A DNA stretch of 64,000 nt from Candidatus Levyibacteriota bacterium. GTDB taxonomy: Bacteria > Patescibacteriota > Microgenomatia > Levybacterales > UBA12049. This document shows, one piece after another, positions 59,732 through 64,000 of this stretch (position 1 is its first letter; the number at the start of each line of letters is the position of its first letter). The notes beneath the pieces are model-generated. The model was not told the DNA's origin, did no database searches, and saw nothing but the letters and a program-made list of their open reading frames with translations. The position numbers and the translations under genes were made by a program. Location of the stretch: positions 106,942 to 170,941 of the forward strand of contig SIBS01000001.1 of assembly GCA_009695045.1 (NCBI GenBank), read 5' to 3'.

Positions 59732-62700
59732 TTATGAATAATTTCTTGTTCCCTTACAGTAGGGAAACCTTGAACAACCGTAAAACTTTCCACGACGACC
59801 ATTTCGAAGAATCATAGGGGAATTACAGCGTGGGCAGGCTGTGTCAGTTAGAATAGGCGCTGGTCTTGGTGCAGATGTTGTTTGGTAGACACTGATATTT
59901 TTACATTTGTTACAAAACCTTCCGTAACCAGTAATTAAAGATGCGTCTTTAAAATCACTTGTTGACCTCACCTCTTTGCATTTGGGGCACTCTCTCATAT
60001 CTCCATTTTGTAATCCCTCAATCGTCCCATGTATGTTTTGGAGAAGAGAGTTAGCATTTTCTGGGTTTTTGAGTAAGTTTCCAATCCTATCATCAATGCT
60101 CGCTATCGGATTTTGTCCGCTATTAAATTTATTAATTCGCAAGAACTTATATCCGTAACTCTCTAATACTTTTTGACGATATACGTCATCATCGGAATAA
60201 TAATCCTTATAGTTAAACTCGTTTACTTCATCAACTTCTTTGAAGTGCTCTTGAAAACCATCATATTCAATAATGATTTTGTGTTCTTTGTGACGCTCGT
60301 CGGTGTAGATAAGAAGAAAATCAACCTTGTAGGCTGGATGTGTATATGTACGGTCTAATTGTTTGAGATATTTGCCTATTTCAAATTGGGGCATAAACTC
60401 AATAGAATTTTTATGTTCTTTCCAAAAATTTGTTTGATAAAACCAATTCAAAACTTCTGGTTCCATCTTGGACTTTTCATCAACCTCTGAAACAGAATGC
60501 TCTTTTCGAGCTTCCTCTAACATATACTGGTAATGTCTCAACGCCTCTCCTGCAGAGCCTGTAAAGTCTTCAAGGGGCTTACTTAATACAAAATGAACAC
60601 ACTCCTTGGCACGACTAAAGCCAACGTTCAAACGCTGTGCTTTTATCTGACCGTCCTCTTCAACATCAACATTGCTTAAATCTTTGATGAACACGCCCCA
60701 AAGCTTGTCACTGTGGGTAGATGCGACCATTGAATAGTAGATAACATCACGCTCTTCACCTTGGCACGTATCAAAAGTCATTATCTTGAGTTGCAATTTG
60801 TCTTGAAAATAATCCCATTCTGGCATTTTGCCTATCATTTCTACTAACAGCTTCTGTTGATTTGTATGCGGTGTAATAATGCCAACGCTTATTGCCTTAT
60901 CTTCATCTTTTAGTCGTTTTAGTTCAGAAACAATAAACTCAACCTCTTTAGCATTGGTATTAGGATAAAGCTCATCGGCAGAAGTGGCCTTAACATGTGA
61001 GAACTTAATAACCTCATCTATGGATTTCCCACGAATTTTCATTACCTGCAAACTATCTTGGTAGAAATACTTATTCGAATAAGAGATGATTTCCTTATAA
61101 CCTCTAAAATGTTTTAGTAATTGGATGTTGTAATTACTGATGAACCCAAAAAACTCGAGGATGGAGGTTTTAATGTTAAATTTATGCAGCCTCTCTAATT
61201 TGATTGCATCAGTGGAAATGTTAGCTCTAAAGCTAGTATTTAGTCCATTGAGGTATTCACGATTAGTATCGCCTCTTGCTTGTGCAGCTTTGATGTTGCT
61301 AAATTGTTTTTTATCTCCAAGAATAAGCACTTTTTTTGCTCGCAAGAGAGCAGGGAATGCTTGCGCTATGCTTACTTGCGACGCTTCATCAATTACTACT
61401 AAATCAAATAGCTCTGGCTCTAGGGGAATATATTCTGCGTAGTCTCGTATGCCCGCTAAAATACATGGGAACGCTTCTTTAAGCTTCTTGAACTCTTCCC
61501 TTGGAAATCTCTGTTTTTTTTTAATGATATTGCGTAATGTTTGAGCGTCACTACTATTATGTTCGTAGAAATCAATTAACCGTCCGTCAAGAAGATATGT
61601 TACTTGAGTTGTAACCAAATCTTCAATTTGTTTCATGCGAGCTGCGTAATTTAGCTCGTGGATATTAGAAAAATCTCTACTCACTTTTTGGTTTAAGTTC
61701 AAATATCTTATTTGCTTATCAAACTCCAATTCAACAGTGTCTATGACAGCGTTACTAGTTATCGTAGTGAATTGTTCAGCGTTGATACCTATTTTTTTAG
61801 CTGTTTTTGGATATTTCCCAATGGTTTCTTTGATGTACTTGATGTCTTCGTCCAAGGCAATGATTGTCTCGACTGTCTGCATTATTGTCTCGTCCGTAAG
61901 GAGTTTGTGAGCAAGTGCTATGTAGTCAAAATTCCTCCTGCTTTTTTCGTTTATCTCATCACCAAATTTTTGAGCCGAGTCCAAAATTTCGTGTGCATCT
62001 TTCAGCTCTTGGAGCTGGTCGTGAGGGATGGAGAACGTGCTGTGAATAAAATTTTTCTTGAAACTTACATCTAGTTTCTCTGCTTGTTTTTTACTGAATA
62101 AATAACCGATTGCCCAAAGCTTCATTTTTGAATACTTTTGAATGAAGTGTTCGAGTTCTTGCAAGTCCTTTGAAGTAAATTGTGTGAATTTATTTACAGC
62201 AGCAATTTTGTTTGAGAAGGTCGTTTTTATTTTTTGGATGCCTTCAATTGCCAATGCCAAGAATTGTAAGAAGCTTTCGTAATCAGAGAGCGTTTTTATG
62301 GTCTTTGGATTTAAGGCTAGAAGCTCAAACAGTTTCATCGTTTTGTTAGAAGTGAGCGTGTTTTTGATTTGCCGTAACGAACCTCGCAAGTCTCCAAATT
62401 CAATGGCAGATTCGTTATGTTGTGATAGCTCTTCTATGTCGAAGATTAAATCTTTCTCATTAAAATAAAGTTCTAAATCAAAAAACTCCTGAATTTCTTT
62501 AATGTTTATATCGCTGTAAGCGACAATCTCGGCCTCGATGTCTTCTCTTAAAGAATTGCCAGACTTTGTAATTGTTTCTTCTATCGAATCGTAATCTCTT
62601 TTTACCGCGCGATGGTGTGTTTTAATTCCTTCAATGGCGCTTTGAGCAAGAATTGAATTATATGTATTGCCAGTTTTACCAAGTCTTAGAATTGGGTTTT

Positions 62701-64000
62701 GAAAATTTTTATCATAGCGAACCTTATTCATTGTCTGAGTAATCTTGTCTTCAACAACGTCCAAGGCCTCTTTTTTGTCAGAAAGAACCAATACTGACTG
62801 ATTTTTCAAGATTGCATCAAAAATTATTGCTGTAATAGTGTGACTTTTTCCAGTTCCTGGTGGCCCTGAAACTACCAGATAATTACAGCCGTCTTTACGA
62901 ATAGCAGACAAGATTTGACGCTGTTCGCTATTGAGTGGGATTGGACTTGAATACACAAGCCTATCTGGCGTTTCAGTGTTATCCCATTCATCTTCAACTT
63001 CTGGGTTAGAAGTTTCAGGATTGTTTCGGATAAAGTCATCTATCAGCTTATTGAAGATTTCTGCAAGGTTACCCCCTTCTTGCATTAACTGTTGCAGAAT
63101 TTCCTCGTAGTCATTTACTAATGCTTCATCTGACTTATCGAACAAGCAGATATAATTGCTATTAGAAATTCGTACTGATGCCCCTCGGGCAGTTATCGGT
63201 TCCCCATTTGAGAAGTCTACTGTATCTTCAAGCTCAAAAAAATGAGAGAGTTCATTTAATATGCCATTGATAATTTGAGGAAAATCTTCCTGATGTTGAG
63301 ACAAATACACAATGCGCTCCGAGATGGTTTGTAAACTGCCTTTTGTTCCTTTTATTGCATTATGTTCTTGTACGATAAACTCAAGCGCTTTTTTATTTAT
63401 GTACACCTGTGAATCAAATTCTATATTTAGGGTGTCTCCATCCCTTGTGGTCGCAAAAGGAATATAGAAAATTGGGTATTTATTGTTGTTGAAAGATATG
63501 TCACCAAAATACAGATAAAAGTCCTGCTTGTCTAAAATAGTTTTATTGCGCTCCATTTCAAATAATTCCAGAAACAAATCAGCCACTTGGAGGTTTTCAA
63601 AAAATGAAGTAAGGTTGCCTTTTACATCTTGAGGTACAAAAACAGATTTGAGTTCTTTTGTAAGGTTAACCTTTTCTTGAGCGATAATGAGATTTAATAC
63701 TTCTGAAATCTTGTTTTCTAACAAACGAAGGATTACTGATGTTAGCTCTTCCTCAATCAGATATACGTTATCTTCATCACCTAAATTAAGATTTTGTAGA
63801 GGTTTTTCGATGCTTTCGACGAACGGATGAACGAGTTCACTGCGGATAATTTTTGTAGCTTCTTCTACAGAATTTGTAAGCGCTACATCATATTCTTTTG
63901 CATATAAAGTACCTGCTTTTTCTATCTCACTGGCGACCTGTTCAGTAATTGCGTTAATTTCTGCAGTGCTAATCTTACTAACTTGAAGTTTTATTAAATC
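59732..64000 (-). CDS. Giant multidomain protein (>1422 aa, N-terminus beyond the window): DUF4011-like region, Upf1/DNA2-type SF1 helicase, DUF559/Vsr-like (REase_MTES_1575-like) endonuclease-fold domain, and two topoisomerase-type C4 zinc ribbons. Candidate Nhi-like nuclease-helicase.
   Basis: The ORF track begins at an internal TTG. Manual translation of 63725-64000 shows the frame stays open to the edge (...DEDNVYLIEEELTSVILRLLENK...). Walker A VVSGPPGTGKSHTI. Motif II VVIDEASQ plus GDKKQ. QGEERDVIY and VGFSRAKE (AAA_12-like). VDFLLIY...IIIEYDGFQEH...YGYKFLRI (DUF559-like). CPRCNSPMILRNGRRGKFYGCSRFPYCKGTR (zf-C4_Topoisom-like). Confidence 0.8.
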   Translation of the reverse strand, partial: DLIKLQVSKISTAEINAITEQVASEIEKAGTLYAKEYDVALTNSVEEATKIIRSELVHPFVESIEKPLQNLNLGDEDNVYLIEEELTSVILRLLENKISEVLNLIIAQEKVNLTKELKSVFVPQDVKGNLTSFFENLQVADLFLELFEMERNKTILDKQDFYLYFGDISFNNNKYPIFYIPFATTRDGDTLNIEFDSQVYINKKALEFIVQEHNAIKGTKGSLQTISERIVYLSQHQEDFPQIINGILNELSHFFELEDTVDFSNGEPITARGASVRISNSNYICLFDKSDEALVNDYEEILQQLMQEGGNLAEIFNKLIDDFIRNNPETSNPEVEDEWDNTETPDRLVYSSPIPLNSEQRQILSAIRKDGCNYLVVSGPPGTGKSHTITAIIFDAILKNQSVLVLSDKKEALDVVEDKITQTMNKVRYDKNFQNPILRLGKTGNTYNSILAQSAIEGIKTHHRAVKRDYDSIEETITKSGNSLREDIEAEIVAYSDINIKEIQEFFDLELYFNEKDLIFDIEELSQHNESAIEFGDLRGSLRQIKNTLTSNKTMKLFELLALNPKTIKTLSDYESFLQFLALAIEGIQKIKTTFSNKIAAVNKFTQFTSKDLQELEHFIQKYSKMKLWAIGYLFSKKQAEKLDVSFKKNFIHSTFSIPHDQLQELKDAHEILDSAQKFGDEINEKSRRNFDYIALAHKLLTDETIMQTVETIIALDEDIKYIKETIGKYPKTAKKIGINAEQFTTITSNAVIDTVELEFDKQIRYLNLNQKVSRDFSNIHELNYAARMKQIEDLVTTQVTYLLDGRLIDFYEHNSSDAQTLRNIIKKKQRFPREEFKKLKEAFPCILAGIRDYAEYIPLEPELFDLVVIDEASQVSIAQAFPALLRAKKVLILGDKKQFSNIKAAQARGDTNREYLNGLNTSFRANISTDAIKLERLHKFNIKTSILEFFGFISNYNIQLLKHFRGYKEIISYSNKYFYQDSLQVMKIRGKSIDEVIKFSHVKATSADELYPNTNAKEVEFIVSELKRLKDEDKAISVGIITPHTNQQKLLVEMIGKMPEWDYFQDKLQLKIMTFDTCQGEERDVIYYSMVASTHSDKLWGVFIKDLSNVDVEEDGQIKAQRLNVGFSRAKECVHFVLSKPLEDFTGSAGEALRHYQYMLEEARKEHSVSEVDEKSKMEPEVLNWFYQTNFWKEHKNSIEFMPQFEIGKYLKQLDRTYTHPAYKVDFLLIYTDERHKEHKIIIEYDGFQEHFKEVDEVNEFNYKDYYSDDDVYRQKVLESYGYKFLRINKFNSGQNPIASIDDRIGNLLKNPENANSLLQNIHGTIEGLQNGDMRECPKCKEVRSTSDFKDASLITGYGRFCNKCKNISVYQTTSAPRPAPILTDTACPRCNSPMILRNGRRGKFYGCSRFPYCKGTRNYS

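Larger units (their letters stand above)
58266..64000. mobile_element. Integrated element (genomic island or prophage remnant) at the tRNA-Asn 3' end, continuing beyond the window
   Basis: The serine recombinase gene abuts and overlaps the tRNA 3' end. There is an abrupt visible rise in GC from 58281 onward relative to the AT-rich flank. The cargo is a defence-like helicase-nuclease. Confidence 0.55.

Overview
This 64 kb window comes from a very AT-rich genome, roughly 28-30% GC by eye, read with the standard genetic code. Coding density is high, many genes overlap by 4 nt, and the core proteins are small. Together with a Gram-positive-type envelope gene set (sortase, LCP, FemAB, MurJ, MltG, RodZ and no outer-membrane genes), this points to a CPR/Patescibacteria-like or similarly reduced monoderm lineage.

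Most of the window is native housekeeping DNA. The minus strand carries an information-processing and chaperone run: ftsK, RNase J, pnp-rpsO, an NrnA-like DHH protein, a minimal infB, nusA, a membrane-anchored Clp/Hsp100 ATPase, and hrcA-grpE-dnaK-dnaJ. A CIRCE operator sits upstream of hrcA. groES-groEL, lepA, murJ, rpsT, metG and tatD are also present.

Two large accessory neighbourhoods encode envelope and glycan functions. At 25-30.5 kb there is a processive GT2 with a QxxRW motif, a GT-C protein, a WecA/MraY-family polyprenyl-phosphate HexNAc-1-P transferase and a UbiA-family DPPR-synthase-like prenyl-phosphate phosphoribosyltransferase. At 41.6-58 kb there is an FAD oxidoreductase, two tandem paralogous GT-C (PMT/ArnT-like) proteins and a Chlor_Arch_YYY/DUF2298 giant membrane protein. 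The same neighbourhood holds a TMTC-like GT-C+TPR protein, a GT4, two SAM methyltransferases, a HAD-like protein, LCP and FemAB. A PilN/PilO-like minimal pilus module lies at 38.6-41.6 kb, and a secreted protein at 33.6-34.8 kb carries a 42-bp tandem repeat.

The most striking feature is at the right edge. A tRNA-Asn(GTT) gene ends at 58280, and a large serine recombinase gene overlaps its 3' end by 15 nt. From exactly that point GC rises visibly, to about 40% by eye. This marks a horizontally acquired integrated element that runs off the window.

The only other cargo visible in the element is a giant ORF of at least 1422 aa (1330 aa after an internal TTG plus 92 further in-frame residues to the edge), with no in-frame stop before the window ends. 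It combines a DUF4011-like N-terminal region, an Upf1/DNA2-type SF1 helicase, a DUF559/Vsr-like (REase_MTES_1575-like) endonuclease-fold domain and two topoisomerase-type C4 zinc ribbons. This is a candidate Nhi-like nuclease-helicase defence or element-maintenance protein in an unusual extended architecture.
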